Below are positions 50,063 through 60,051 of a DNA stretch of 64,000 bases, piece after piece (positions within the stretch are counted from its first letter, which is position 1; each line of letters opens with the position of its first letter). The notes beneath the pieces are model-generated. The model was not told where the DNA came from. It saw only the letters and a list, made by a program, of their open reading frames with translations, and did not search any database. Origin of the DNA: Patescibacteria group bacterium (GTDB lineage: Bacteria > Patescibacteriota > Saccharimonadia > UBA4664 > SCTI01); NCBI GenBank assembly GCA_004297735.1, contig SCTI01000002.1, positions 350,180-414,179 on the forward strand, in the 5' to 3' direction. The position numbers and the translations under genes were made by a program.

Positions 50063-51505
50063 GTGGGTTTGAGTCGTCCGGTTCAGTTCGTGGTTTTGTT
50101 TGTGGCGCTAGTGGTCGGCATTATGGTCGGTCGAAGCGGCTACGCTGTTGAATTGATTTGGGTGGTGGGGTTGACGGGCGCGTGGTTATGTTTGGTGTTG
50201 GTGGGTTCACGCTTGGCCTTTGGTTTTTTGACGATGGCGTTTTTGCTATTTGGAGTTTGGCGGGGGTATCAAACGGACTTACCACGAACTTGGCTGGGCC
50301 AGCACTTGAATCAGAAGGCGGTTGTTGTGGGTACGATTGCCGATGATCCGGCCATGAATCAATATGGCAACGTCGAGTTTACCCTGAGCGGGGTTCAGCT
50401 TGACGGTGTCCGGGTGGCGCAGTCGATTAAGGTGAGACTGGCGAGCTATAAATCATTGCGGCGAGGCTATCGGGTGGTTGTGACCGGCAAGCTGGCCGAG
50501 ACTTTGGGTGCTGCGCCAGTACGGATCAGCTTTGCGCAAATTCAAGTTGTTTCAACCGAGATTGGCTGGCTGGAGCGATTGCGGGGCCGGTTCTTTATTG
50601 CCCTAAAGGAGGCGGTTCCCGAACCAATGTCGGGTTTTGCAGTCGGCATATTGGTGGGCGCACGGGCGGTGATGACCGACGAGCTGCAGCGGGCCCTATC
50701 GGTGGCGGGCCTAACTCATTTGGTGGCGGTTTCTGGATATAATTTAACCATTTTGGCGCAGGCCGCTCAGCGAATATGCGGTCGGTTTTCTTTGTTTGTA
50801 GCCACCGCCGTAACACTGTGGTTGGTGGCCGGCTTTGTTGGTATTGCCGGCTTTAGCGCCAGCATAATTCGAGCTTCGATGGTGGCGGGCTTGGGTCTGC
50901 TCATAACCTATTACGGCTATGAGGCGCGGCCAGCTACAATTTTGGCTGTGCCTGGGATATTAACTCTTGCCTGGAATCCCGACTATTTAATTAGAGACAT
51001 GGGCTGGCAGTTATCGTTTTTGGCCTTTTTTGGCGTCTTGGTTTTTGCCCCTTTACTTGAGCAGCGCTTAATTAAAAATCCAACCATGCTCAAATCATTA
51101 TTTATTGAATCTACGTCCGCTCACATAATTACCCTACCTTTAATTATGTGGCGTTTCGAAACGGTGTCGGTAGTGGCACCGTTGGTCAATGTGATCATCC
51201 TGCCACTGGTACCGCTGGCCATGCTGTTGAGTTTTATTACTGGACTACTTGGTATGGCTCATACCGGGTTAACGGCGGTGGCGGCCTGGCCCACCACCGG
51301 TTTGCTGTCGCTAATTATTGCGGCAGCGATGACCGCCAAGCAGCTACCGTTTGCGAGCGTTAGTCTTGGTGCGTCACCGTGGCAGGTTGCGGCGGCTTAT
51401 GGGTTGATAGCGGCAGTTACGTGGTTTCTTTACCGTGGCAGCCAGGGGGTGCCGCAGGTGGATAGTAATCGCTTGGCGGGGACGGTGGTGGCGAAAGGTA
51501 GGTAG
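50063..51505 (+). CDS. comEC: Competence protein ComEC/Rec2 (no metallo-beta-lactamase domain)
   Basis: GLTHLVAVSGYN, SIIRASM, GWQLSFLA; N-terminal OB/DUF4131-like region. Confidence 0.9.
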   Translation: MGLSRPVQFVVLFVALVVGIMVGRSGYAVELIWVVGLTGAWLCLVLVGSRLAFGFLTMAFLLFGVWRGYQTDLPRTWLGQHLNQKAVVVGTIADDPAMNQYGNVEFTLSGVQLDGVRVAQSIKVRLASYKSLRRGYRVVVTGKLAETLGAAPVRISFAQIQVVSTEIGWLERLRGRFFIALKEAVPEPMSGFAVGILVGARAVMTDELQRALSVAGLTHLVAVSGYNLTILAQAAQRICGRFSLFVATAVTLWLVAGFVGIAGFSASIIRASMVAGLGLLITYYGYEARPATILAVPGILTLAWNPDYLIRDMGWQLSFLAFFGVLVFAPLLEQRLIKNPTMLKSLFIESTSAHIITLPLIMWRFETVSVVAPLVNVIILPLVPLAMLLSFITGLLGMAHTGLTAVAAWPTTGLLSLIIAAAMTAKQLPFASVSLGASPWQVAAAYGLIAAVTWFLYRGSQGVPQVDSNRLAGTVVAKGR

Positions 51506-51595
51506 TTCGCCTTTTGTACGTTTTAACAGGTGAGTGGTATAATTATAGTATTCAGTTATCCACAACTCAAACGACGGCAGAAGGAGTAAACAAAC

Positions 51596-52339
51596 ATGTC
51601 CGGACACTCAAAATGGCACTCAATTAAACATCAAAAAGCGGCCGCTGACGCCAAGCGCGGAGCAGCGTTTACTAAGTTGGCTAACGCCATTGCGCTGGCT
51701 ACTAAAAAGGGCGGTAGCGATCCGGAGACTAATTTTTCGTTGCGCCTGGCAATTCAAAAAGCCAAAGCCTCTAACATGCCGGCCGCTAACATTGAGCGCT
51801 CAATTAAGCGTGGCTCGGGTCAGTTGGGCGGAGATCAGATTGAAGAGATTACTTATGAGGGCTACGGCCCGGGCGGGGTGGCGCTCATTATTGAGGTGGC
51901 GACCGATAATCGCAATCGCACCGGCCCTGAGGTCCGCACCGCCTTAAGTAAGTCGGGTGGTCGCATGGCCGATGCCGGCTCGGTGGCGTACCAGTTTGAC
52001 TACCGTGGAACTCTTCGCCTAAAGCCAAGTGACATCGAGGCTGCCACGTTGGACGCGATTGAGGCCGGGGCGGTTGATGTGGATGAGGATGAGGACGAGC
52101 TGATCGTATATACCAACCCCAAGGAACTCAATGCGGTTCAGACCAAGTTGACCGAAATGGGTTACACGCCAGAGTCGGCCGAGCTGGCTTACATTCCTAA
52201 AAACACCATCGTAATCAGCGATCAAAAAACCGCCCAACAGATTATTAAGCTGATGGACACGCTTGACGATATGGATGACGTTACTGCAACTCATGCAAAC
52301 TTTGATTTCGATGAAGAGACGGCCAAGGCTTTGGCATGA
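51596..52339 (+). CDS. yebC: YebC/PmpR family protein
   Basis: MSGHSKWHSIKH, YEGYGPGG, TDNRNRT. Confidence 0.95.
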   Translation: MSGHSKWHSIKHQKAAADAKRGAAFTKLANAIALATKKGGSDPETNFSLRLAIQKAKASNMPAANIERSIKRGSGQLGGDQIEEITYEGYGPGGVALIIEVATDNRNRTGPEVRTALSKSGGRMADAGSVAYQFDYRGTLRLKPSDIEAATLDAIEAGAVDVDEDEDELIVYTNPKELNAVQTKLTEMGYTPESAELAYIPKNTIVISDQKTAQQIIKLMDTLDDMDDVTATHANFDFDEETAKALA

Positions 52340-52818
52340 AAATTCTTGGCATCGACCCCGGAACCGCTACGACCGGGTTTGGTGTGATTGAAAAGCAGGG
52401 TGATAAACTTAGATTTGTTGATGCCGGGGTGATTTCAACCACACCGGACGAGGAGATGCACCGCCGGCTGGTTAGAATTGATGAGTGCCTGGAGCAGCTG
52501 ATCACCGAGCACAACCCGGATATGGTAGCGGTGGAGCAGCTTTACTTTGCGACCAATGTTACCACCGCCATCACGGTTGGCCAGGCTCGTGGCGTGGTTT
52601 TGCTGGCGGCTGGCCGGCATGCTCTGCCGCTTCACGAATATACCCCGCTGCAGGTTAAACAGGCGGTAACTGGGTACGGCAAGGCCGATAAAAAACAGGT
52701 TCAAGAGATGGTTAAGATGATTTTACAGCTAGATGGCATACCAAAACCGGATGATGCGGCCGATGGACTGGCAATTGCAATCACGCACGCCAACCAGGGC
52801 GTGGGAGTTAGAGCATGA
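52336..52818 (+). CDS. ruvC: Holliday junction resolvase RuvC
   Basis: ILGIDPG, VTGYGKADKKQV, DDAADGLA. Confidence 0.96.
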   Translation: MKILGIDPGTATTGFGVIEKQGDKLRFVDAGVISTTPDEEMHRRLVRIDECLEQLITEHNPDMVAVEQLYFATNVTTAITVGQARGVVLLAAGRHALPLHEYTPLQVKQAVTGYGKADKKQVQEMVKMILQLDGIPKPDDAADGLAIAITHANQGVGVRA

Positions 52819-53390
52819 TCGCAACGATTGAGGGAGCGGTGGCCGAAAAGCTGGCCGGCAGCGTTGTGGTTGAGCTAGGTGGCATTGGGTACGAGGTAGT
52901 GGTATCGGTGGCCGACTGGGGTGCCGCGGCAATTGGCTCTACAACCAAGTTTTATGTTTACGAGCACATTCGCGAGGACTCACATCAGTTATTCGGCTTT
53001 AATAGTCGCTCCGATAAAGAGTTATTTATTTTGCTGTTAAGTGTTAACGGTGTGGGCCCCAAGGTCGCGATGCAGGTTATGAGCGCGGCCACTGGCGAGC
53101 GACTACGCGCCGCAATCGCTTCGGGTGACTCCAGCTTGTTTAAAAATGTGTCGGGGGTTGGTAAAAAAACGGCTGAGCGCATAATGGTTGAATTAAAGAA
53201 CAAGGTTGAGGCTGGCGGAGAGATTGGGGTTGAGCTTACGGGCGGCGGGGTCGGTAGCGAAGATCCTGCCTACCAGGCACTAATTGGCTTAGGCTATAAG
53301 CCGGCCCAGGCGGCGGCGGCGGTTTCATCTCTACCCAGCGAGGTGACCGACGAGCAAGAGCGAGTAAGATTGGCTCTCAGGAATCTTTAA
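52815..53390 (+). CDS. ruvA: Holliday junction branch migration protein RuvA
   Basis: GIGYEV, IRED..LFGF, VNGVGPK, GVGKKTAERI. Confidence 0.95.
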   Translation: MIATIEGAVAEKLAGSVVVELGGIGYEVVVSVADWGAAAIGSTTKFYVYEHIREDSHQLFGFNSRSDKELFILLLSVNGVGPKVAMQVMSAATGERLRAAIASGDSSLFKNVSGVGKKTAERIMVELKNKVEAGGEIGVELTGGGVGSEDPAYQALIGLGYKPAQAAAAVSSLPSEVTDEQERVRLALRNL

Positions 53391-53433
53391 GCTTAATATG
53401 GCTAAATATAAAAATAACTAAGAAAGAATTAAC

Positions 53434-53925
53434 ATGAGCCAACTCGCCTCAGCTCCAAAAACTAAATATGCGGTGCCGGTAGCGGTGATAGCGCTGCTAC
53501 TGTTTGGCATTTTAAGCGCCTATATTATCAAGTCCAGTTCACCTGTCAATAATCAGGCCGGCATTTCCTCAACCGCGACCGAAGCATCCACTTCTTCGAC
53601 CGGTGCCTCAGCCACTAGTTCAAGCACGCAGTTTAAAGACGGCACCTATTCGGCGGAGGGAGATTATGCGACACCGGGTGGAACCGAAGCGATTGACGTT
53701 ACTTTAACGGTAAAGGGCGGAGTGGTAACCGATAGTTCGGTTTCGCAGCAGCCGGCCGATCATGACTCCCGGGCTTACCAGATGGAGTTTGCTAAAAGCT
53801 ACAAGAGCAGCGTGGTTGGCCGTAGCTTATCCGAACTTAAACTTGATGTGGTGGCCGGCTCATCGCTCACCTCCGGCGGCTTTAACGAGGCGGTGGACAG
53901 TATTCGGACTCAAGCGAGCTCCTAG
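53434..53925 (+). CDS. Membrane-anchored FMN-binding (flavinylated) protein
   Basis: TM, S/T linker, FKDGTY, DVVAGSSLTS (variant flavinylation motif). Confidence 0.8.
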   Translation: MSQLASAPKTKYAVPVAVIALLLFGILSAYIIKSSSPVNNQAGISSTATEASTSSTGASATSSSTQFKDGTYSAEGDYATPGGTEAIDVTLTVKGGVVTDSSVSQQPADHDSRAYQMEFAKSYKSSVVGRSLSELKLDVVAGSSLTSGGFNEAVDSIRTQASS

Positions 53926-53926
53926 G

Positions 53927-54811
53927 ATGGGCTCGACCGGCTTTGAGTTTAAGGCGATTGGCACCAGCTGGAAGATTGAGATTTACGATGATTTATCGCC
54001 GAGCGGCCATAAAGAAATTAAGCTTGCAATCGATCGGCGCATAGATCAATTCGACCAAATCTATTCGCGCTTTCGGCCCGATTCGCTGGTTTCGCAAATC
54101 GCTAAATCTCCTGGTAAGTATCAATTCCCTGATGACTCGGTCGAGCTGTTTAAACTATATCGAACGGCTTATGAGCTGACCGTAGGCTTGGTTACACCGC
54201 TGATTGGCGGCATGATGGCTGACGCCGGTTACGACCGGGATTATAGCTTTAAGCAGCGCCCAATTCGCACGGTTCCAGATTGGGATGAGGTGATGAGTTT
54301 TAGTGGCACCACCTTAACCACCAGGCAGCCGGTACAGCTTGATTTTGGCGCCGCCGGCAAGGGTTACCTGGTTGACTTGGTTGGCGAGGTGCTTGAGCGG
54401 CATGGCTACAGGCAGTACCTGGTTAATGCTGGAGGGGACATGCGTCACCGGGGCCGCTCGCCGTTAAGGGTTGGCTTGGAGGACCCGACCGACAGCACCA
54501 AGGCGATTGGGGTGTTTGAGCTGCGTAATAAAAGTCTTTGCGCTTCGGCAACCAACCGGCGGCGGTGGGGCGATTATCATCACGTTATGGATCCAGCCGC
54601 CCAAAAATCTACCGATCGTGTGGTGGCAACTTGGGCGGTGGCCGATACTACCGCTCTGGCCGACATGGCCGCAACAGCGCTCTTTTTTAGCACTCCCGAT
54701 CAGCTGCACCAGCTTGGCAGTTTTGAGTACGCGCTAATAGATAAGGGCGGCCATATGGTTGCTTCGTCCGCCTTGGAGCCGGCAATTTTTAAGCCAAAGG
54801 GTATACAATAG
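53927..54811 (+). CDS. apbE: FAD:protein FMN transferase ApbE
   Basis: AIGT, YSRFRPDS, LDFGAAGKGY, NAGGD, HHVMDP; ATG at 53927. Confidence 0.9.
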   Translation: MGSTGFEFKAIGTSWKIEIYDDLSPSGHKEIKLAIDRRIDQFDQIYSRFRPDSLVSQIAKSPGKYQFPDDSVELFKLYRTAYELTVGLVTPLIGGMMADAGYDRDYSFKQRPIRTVPDWDEVMSFSGTTLTTRQPVQLDFGAAGKGYLVDLVGEVLERHGYRQYLVNAGGDMRHRGRSPLRVGLEDPTDSTKAIGVFELRNKSLCASATNRRRWGDYHHVMDPAAQKSTDRVVATWAVADTTALADMAATALFFSTPDQLHQLGSFEYALIDKGGHMVASSALEPAIFKPKGIQ

Positions 54812-54815
54812 AGTT

Positions 54816-56327
54816 ATGAAGCCAATCATCGATTACGTTGACGCCGTCTTAAACTCAATCACGATGTACAGATTGGTTTTGTATGTGCTACTAACAATTA
54901 GTAGCTTAGCTCTAATTTTATCTTTGCTAGGGCTGATGAGTTACGACCCGGTAGCGTTGGTGCTATCGGCGGCGGTCCTGGTTGGCGTAAGCTGGAGTGT
55001 TAACCAAATCCTGGCACTGCTGTTTAAGGCCCAGACCAGCGTTGAGGCATCGCTGATAACCGGGCTAATTTTATTCCTTATCCTTAAGCCAACCTCCGAT
55101 CCACTAGGGTTGCTAGTGTTGGTGGCGGCTGGCGTGGTGGCGGTGGCTCCCAAGTACTTTTTTGGGCCACTGCGGAGCGTGTTCAACCCGGCCGCAATTG
55201 CAGCATTAACGGTAAGCTTCTTGGGCTTAACCAGTGCAACTTGGTGGGTGGGCAGTAAGGTCTTGCTACCAGTCGTTTTTGTGGCGGGTGTGTTGCTTAT
55301 TCGCAAGCTGCATAAATTCCAGCTTGTTGGCCTGTTTTGGCTAACGGTACTGGCGGTGGTGGTAGTGACGGCATTTATTGATGGTAGCGATAAAGGTGCT
55401 GCCATAAAAATTGCGGTTCTGTCCGGGCCATTGGTGTTTATGGGTACGGTGATGCTAACCGAACCGACTACGCTGCCACCAACCAGAAAATGGCAATGGG
55501 TTTATGCGGTGGTGGTGGGATTATTGTTTAGCGTGCAGTTTCAACTGGGGCCGCTTGACTCCAGCCCGGAGCTAGCTTTGGTGGCGGGTAACCTGTTGGG
55601 TTACGCGGTTAGTGGAAAACGCCGAATTACGCTGCGCTGGGTCAAAACCACTCAACTCGCGCCTTCTCTGTATGAGTTTATTTTTACATCGAACTATTGG
55701 TTAAAGTATCAGCCGGGCCAGTACTCTGAGTGGACACTGTCGCATCATCGCCCAGATGATCGTGGCACTCGCCGCTTCTTTACGGTTGCCTCTGCTCCTA
55801 ACGGCCAGACGGTTCGCCTGATGGCCCGCATTAATCCCGAATCAATGAGTTCGTACAAGCGGGCGATGTTGCAGCTTAAGGCTGGTTCGGTGGTGGGCGG
55901 AGGCAAAATGGAGGGTGATTTTACACTGCCTCGGTCGCCTGATCAAAAGCTAGGCTGGATTGCTGGTGGTATTGGTGTAACGCCGTTTGTAGCAATGGCG
56001 GAATGGCTCGGACAGTCTCAGCAACAGCGCGATGTGGCCATGTTGTATACGGCGGCTAAGCCAACCGAGTTCTTGGTTGATGAGCTGTGGACTAACACTC
56101 CTGGTCTGCGGTTAACCAAGGTTGTAACCGACCAAAAATCCGAGGGCTGGCAGGGCGAAACCGGCTTTATTGATGCGGCAATGTTACGGCGAAACGTCCC
56201 TGATTTTAAGGAGCGGCGGTGGTATATCTCTGGCCCTAATGCGATGGTGGTAAATTATCGCTGGATGCTGATTAAGGCGGGAGTGCCATTCAACCAAATT
56301 GTGACCGACTACTTTTCGGGTTATTAA
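54816..56327 (+). CDS. NqrB/RnfD-like membrane domain fused to an FNR-type NAD(P)H oxidoreductase
   Basis: VFNPAA, MLTEPTTLP, RFFTVAS, AGGIGVTPF, YISGP, DYFSGY. Confidence 0.82.
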   Translation: MKPIIDYVDAVLNSITMYRLVLYVLLTISSLALILSLLGLMSYDPVALVLSAAVLVGVSWSVNQILALLFKAQTSVEASLITGLILFLILKPTSDPLGLLVLVAAGVVAVAPKYFFGPLRSVFNPAAIAALTVSFLGLTSATWWVGSKVLLPVVFVAGVLLIRKLHKFQLVGLFWLTVLAVVVVTAFIDGSDKGAAIKIAVLSGPLVFMGTVMLTEPTTLPPTRKWQWVYAVVVGLLFSVQFQLGPLDSSPELALVAGNLLGYAVSGKRRITLRWVKTTQLAPSLYEFIFTSNYWLKYQPGQYSEWTLSHHRPDDRGTRRFFTVASAPNGQTVRLMARINPESMSSYKRAMLQLKAGSVVGGGKMEGDFTLPRSPDQKLGWIAGGIGVTPFVAMAEWLGQSQQQRDVAMLYTAAKPTEFLVDELWTNTPGLRLTKVVTDQKSEGWQGETGFIDAAMLRRNVPDFKERRWYISGPNAMVVNYRWMLIKAGVPFNQIVTDYFSGY

Positions 56328-56370
56328 GCTACTTTCGTCTTTTGTACGGTCAATTTGCTATACTTAAGCC

Positions 56371-57399
56371 ATGATTGAGCGCGTTACGGTAGCGGCCGAA
56401 CAGACCGACGATCCAGTTGAGCAGCAGCTGGAAGAGACTTTGCGCCCCAAAACTTTTGATAGCTACATTGGGCAGCAACTACTTAAAGATACTTTGCAGC
56501 TTGCGATCGAAGCCGCTAAAGGACGATCCGAATCGGTAGACCACATCTTGCTTTATGGCCCTCCCGGTCTAGGTAAGACCACCATGGCTGGTGTGATCGC
56601 GGCCGAGATGGGTTCAAGCTTGCGGGTTACTTCTGGGCCAGCCATTGAGCGGGCCGGTGATTTAGCCTCAATCTTAACCAACTTGCAGGATGGCGATATT
56701 TTGTTTGTTGATGAGATTCACCGTTTACCCAAAACGGTCGAAGAGGTGTTGTACCCGGCGATGGAGGATTTTGGCATCGACATTATGCTGGGTAAAGGCC
56801 CGTCGGCCAAGTCGATGCGGCTGGACCTGCCCAAGTTCACCATTATTGGAGCGACCACTAGGGTAGGTACGCTGGGAGCGCCGTTCCGTGATCGCTTTGG
56901 CATGGTGCAGCGCCTGGAATATTACACCGAGGCTGAAATGGTAAAAATTCTTAAGCGGTCGGCCCGGATATTAGATATTAAGCTAGAGGATGCGGCGGCG
57001 ATAGAGATTGCCCGTCGTTCTCGCTTGACGCCCCGAATTGCCAACCGCTTACTTAAGCGGGTGCGCGACTTTGCTCAGGTGCGCCATGGCGGGGTAATTA
57101 CCGCCGAGGTGGCGCATGAAGCGTTGGGCATGCTCGAAATTGATGACTTGGGTTTGGATGCCAGCGATCGCCGCTTGCTCAAGGCAATCATCGATAATTA
57201 TGATGGTGGACCGGTTGGTCTGCAGACAATCGCGGCGTTGACTTCGGAAGATCAGTCGACGATTGAGGATGTTCATGAGCCATACTTGATGCAGCTAGGG
57301 TTGCTAGAGCGAACCAACCGAGGAAGAAAGGTTACTAAAAAAGCTTACTTACATTTAGGGGTTGAGCCGCCGGCCGACGCTCAAGCCAGCTTGCTATGA
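56371..57399 (+). CDS. ruvB: Holliday junction helicase RuvB
   Basis: [32 protein letters not shown]. Confidence 0.97.
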   Translation: MIERVTVAAEQTDDPVEQQLEETLRPKTFDSYIGQQLLKDTLQLAIEAAKGRSESVDHILLYGPPGLGKTTMAGVIAAEMGSSLRVTSGPAIERAGDLASILTNLQDGDILFVDEIHRLPKTVEEVLYPAMEDFGIDIMLGKGPSAKSMRLDLPKFTIIGATTRVGTLGAPFRDRFGMVQRLEYYTEAEMVKILKRSARILDIKLEDAAAIEIARRSRLTPRIANRLLKRVRDFAQVRHGGVITAEVAHEALGMLEIDDLGLDASDRRLLKAIIDNYDGGPVGLQTIAALTSEDQSTIEDVHEPYLMQLGLLERTNRGRKVTKKAYLHLGVEPPADAQASLL

Positions 57400-57539
57400 A
57401 GCGGTCATCCGAGCCAATTAAGGCCCCAGATTCAAGCGACGTTGTAACGGTAACCCCCGCTTCAGCGCTGCAGGCAAAGCTTAGGCGCCTGCAACAACTC
57501 CATCGACAGCTGCGCCGCCGACTAGATCAAGCTAAGTAG
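57396..57539 (+). CDS. Possible 47-aa basic coiled-coil peptide coupled to ruvB
   Basis: ATGA overlap with the ruvB stop; [10 protein letters not shown]...[19 protein letters not shown]. Confidence 0.35.
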   Translation: MKRSSEPIKAPDSSDVVTVTPASALQAKLRRLQQLHRQLRRRLDQAK

Positions 57540-57548
57540 CCGCTTAAG

Positions 57549-57854
57549 CTAAAACGAGAACGGGTTGGATTTACCAACGTTCACCGGTGTGGTGCTGCCG
57601 GCGGAGGAGTCGAGCTTGGTAACTTGATCAAGCGTTTGCTTATTGATCTTAAGTCCAGCGGTCTTAGCCTCCTTTTCTTTAGCCTGGAGGTAGACTGGGT
57701 CCGGCTCAACCGAGGTGATCTGGCTGATTTGATAGGCGGTAAAGCCAAACAGCGCCACCACTACTAGGGTGGTAAGCAGTGTTTTATAGCGCAATGCTAG
57801 TGGCAATAGCTTTTTAGGGTTGAGGTCGGCGATGGTGATTTGTTGATTTATCAT
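57549..57854 (-). CDS. Type IV pilus accessory protein (single TM; PilP position)
   Basis: Follows pilO; ends GKSNPF. Confidence 0.6.
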   Translation of the reverse strand: MINQQITIADLNPKKLLPLALRYKTLLTTLVVVALFGFTAYQISQITSVEPDPVYLQAKEKEAKTAGLKINKQTLDQVTKLDSSAGSTTPVNVGKSNPFSF

Positions 57855-58396
57855 GGCTTTAAAAAGGCGTTTAAGGTTACATCAAAGGTCAGCGATTTAC
57901 TGGTACCGGAGCTAATGTTAAGCGAGGTGACATTGGTGTAGCGACCGAGGTTTTCTTGAAGCTGTAAAAAGCGCTGCAGTTGATCGTAGGTGCCAATTAG
58001 CTGGAAGGTAACCGGTACGGCCAGAATATCGCCAACCTTAACGGTCTGGCTGGTTGGGCCAGGAACGGTTGAGGGGGAGAAGGTAAGTGAATCAAGGGTC
58101 ATACCACTAACCCCGGCAATCTCGCGAAGCTGCAAGGCTAAACGTGACTGCTGCTTTTCGACCGGCAGAGCGTCATAGACCTTGGTGATGGTGGGCTCAA
58201 GCTGGCGGTACTGCTGCTGCAGCTGAGTAAGTGTATCTAGCTTTTTGTCGACAATTTGCTCGTCTGCTAGGCGCTGACTAAGGGTGGCGGTGTCGCGGTA
58301 CAGCTCTTGGCTGACATAGTAGTAGCCATAAGCCCCGGCGGCAATAATAACAACCAGTAGCCCGCAGAGTGCATAAAATAGTTTTTTAGCCGACAT
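57851..58396 (-). CDS. pilO: Type IV pilus PilO-like protein
   Basis: TM + coiled coil + ALP...GTYDQLQRFL..LENLGR. Confidence 0.8.
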   Translation of the reverse strand: MSAKKLFYALCGLLVVIIAAGAYGYYYVSQELYRDTATLSQRLADEQIVDKKLDTLTQLQQQYRQLEPTITKVYDALPVEKQQSRLALQLREIAGVSGMTLDSLTFSPSTVPGPTSQTVKVGDILAVPVTFQLIGTYDQLQRFLQLQENLGRYTNVTSLNISSGTSKSLTFDVTLNAFLKP

Positions 58397-58941
58397 CAGC
58401 GTGCCTTCCCCGGGTTAAAACTAAAGGTCACCGTTACGACGTAGAAGTTACTTTCGGTATCTTTTTTAATACTTTCGATATCGGCGGCGCTAACTCGGCT
58501 AGACTTGGTGATGCTGTCACGGAAGGCTAAAGCGGTTTTATAGTCGGCGGCTTTTACCGTTAGGCGAACCGGCTTTTTGTCATCGCCAGTCAAGGTGATG
58601 GTTGAGATAGAACTGCCTTGAGGCATGTACTGGGCTAGGTCGGTTAAAAGAACCGAAAACTTAGCCTGGCTTTTTTGAATGGTTTGGATTGAGTTAAGTC
58701 GCTGGTTGAGGGCGGCCCCTTTGGTCTCAACCTCCTTGTACTTCTTGATAGAGTCTTGCTTTTGGGCGACTCTTTGTTCAACCGCCGCGGTTTGTTGGCC
58801 GAGATACCAGCGCCCACCATACAGCATAGCCGCCAAGCCCAGGCAGACTAGGATGGTTAATTTAAGGTAGCGCAGTAGGCTGGCATTGTAACGAGAGTAG
58901 CGCAGCTCACTTTTAAACGCGGGTGGTAGTAGATTGATCAT
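58396..58941 (-). CDS. pilN: Type IV pilus PilN-like protein
   Basis: MINLLP N-terminus + TM + coiled coil. Confidence 0.85.
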   Translation of the reverse strand: MINLLPPAFKSELRYSRYNASLLRYLKLTILVCLGLAAMLYGGRWYLGQQTAAVEQRVAQKQDSIKKYKEVETKGAALNQRLNSIQTIQKSQAKFSVLLTDLAQYMPQGSSISTITLTGDDKKPVRLTVKAADYKTALAFRDSITKSSRVSAADIESIKKDTESNFYVVTVTFSFNPGKAR

Positions 58942-60002
58942 AGTAGCCCTCGCAGAGCCAGGCCAACAGCGGTGGTGTATAAGGGGGCTTCGTGGTTGGT
59001 ATCAAGGTGAGCCTTTTTGGTGTTGATGTTGCGCCAGGGGTCAGATACGCGCAGAGGCAGACCGAGCTTGGCCTGCAGATAATCTCCCAGCCCCGGCATG
59101 CTGGCGCTACCACCCGATATGGCAATCGAGGTGACCTTTTGTTTGCCATCGCCACGCTCTTCGTAGTACTTAATGACGCGTTTTACTTCTTTAATAATGG
59201 TTTGAAGGTTGGGCTCGATAGCGGGTAGAATTTTATCGTGCAAGCCACTGCCGCCAATACCAAACTTAACCTTAATCTCGTTGGCTTGATCGCGCTTTAA
59301 GCTTAATTTGGAGGTAATAGTATCGGTAAAGCTATCGCCTCCTACCGGTATGCTGGCGGTGAGAGGGGTGTACTTTTCGTAAATGGTTAAATCGGTCTCT
59401 AGTGAGCCAATATCCATCACCAAGGTGCTTCCGCCGGCATCGCCGCTGTGCAACAGCGCTCTAACCACCGCCGTCATACCTGATTCTAAGGCCCCGATCT
59501 CCAAGCCAAGTAGGTCGAATAATTGAATGTACGAATCAACAATCGCTCTAGGGGCGGCGATGGTTAAGATCTGACTTTGACCATCCTTGCCGCTAGCGGG
59601 GTGGATGACCTCGTAGTCGATATATAGATCATTTAACGGAACCGGCACATACTGCTCAATCTCGTAGCTGATCGCTTGATCAAGCTCGGCAGGGCTCATG
59701 GCTGGCAGGTTGAGGGTGCGCGTAAACAGCTTAGCGGTTGGCAGCCCGGTGACAACCCGCTTGGCGGTGAGCTTGCCGTAACTAAGTTTACGCAGCATTG
59801 GCCTGACTACCTCAGCAATTTGCTCTGGTTCGGCAATAATGCCCTCAACAATTGCCTCGCGCGGAAAGTAAGCATAGCCAAAACCTTGGACGGCCGTACT
59901 GTTACCCGACCGGCGCAACTGAACCACCTTGATGGTATGGGTACCGATATCAAAGCCAAAACGCGGCGCTTCTCGATAAATTAGGGGAACTCGCACACTC
60001 AC
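58938..60002 (-). CDS. pilM: Type IV pilus assembly protein PilM
   Basis: GFDIG..IKVVQ, MDIG, PVGG, SGGSA..PGL, AVGLALR. Confidence 0.9.
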   Translation of the reverse strand: MSVRVPLIYREAPRFGFDIGTHTIKVVQLRRSGNSTAVQGFGYAYFPREAIVEGIIAEPEQIAEVVRPMLRKLSYGKLTAKRVVTGLPTAKLFTRTLNLPAMSPAELDQAISYEIEQYVPVPLNDLYIDYEVIHPASGKDGQSQILTIAAPRAIVDSYIQLFDLLGLEIGALESGMTAVVRALLHSGDAGGSTLVMDIGSLETDLTIYEKYTPLTASIPVGGDSFTDTITSKLSLKRDQANEIKVKFGIGGSGLHDKILPAIEPNLQTIIKEVKRVIKYYEERGDGKQKVTSIAISGGSASMPGLGDYLQAKLGLPLRVSDPWRNINTKKAHLDTNHEAPLYTTAVGLALRGLL

Positions 60003-60051
60003 CTCGTTACAATCTCTCTAATCCTATTATACCAAAAAGCTTATGTTTCGG

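Noticed and set aside
53762-53926. N-terminal extension of ApbE
   Set aside because: It overlaps the FMN-binding gene; ATG 53927 directly follows its stop
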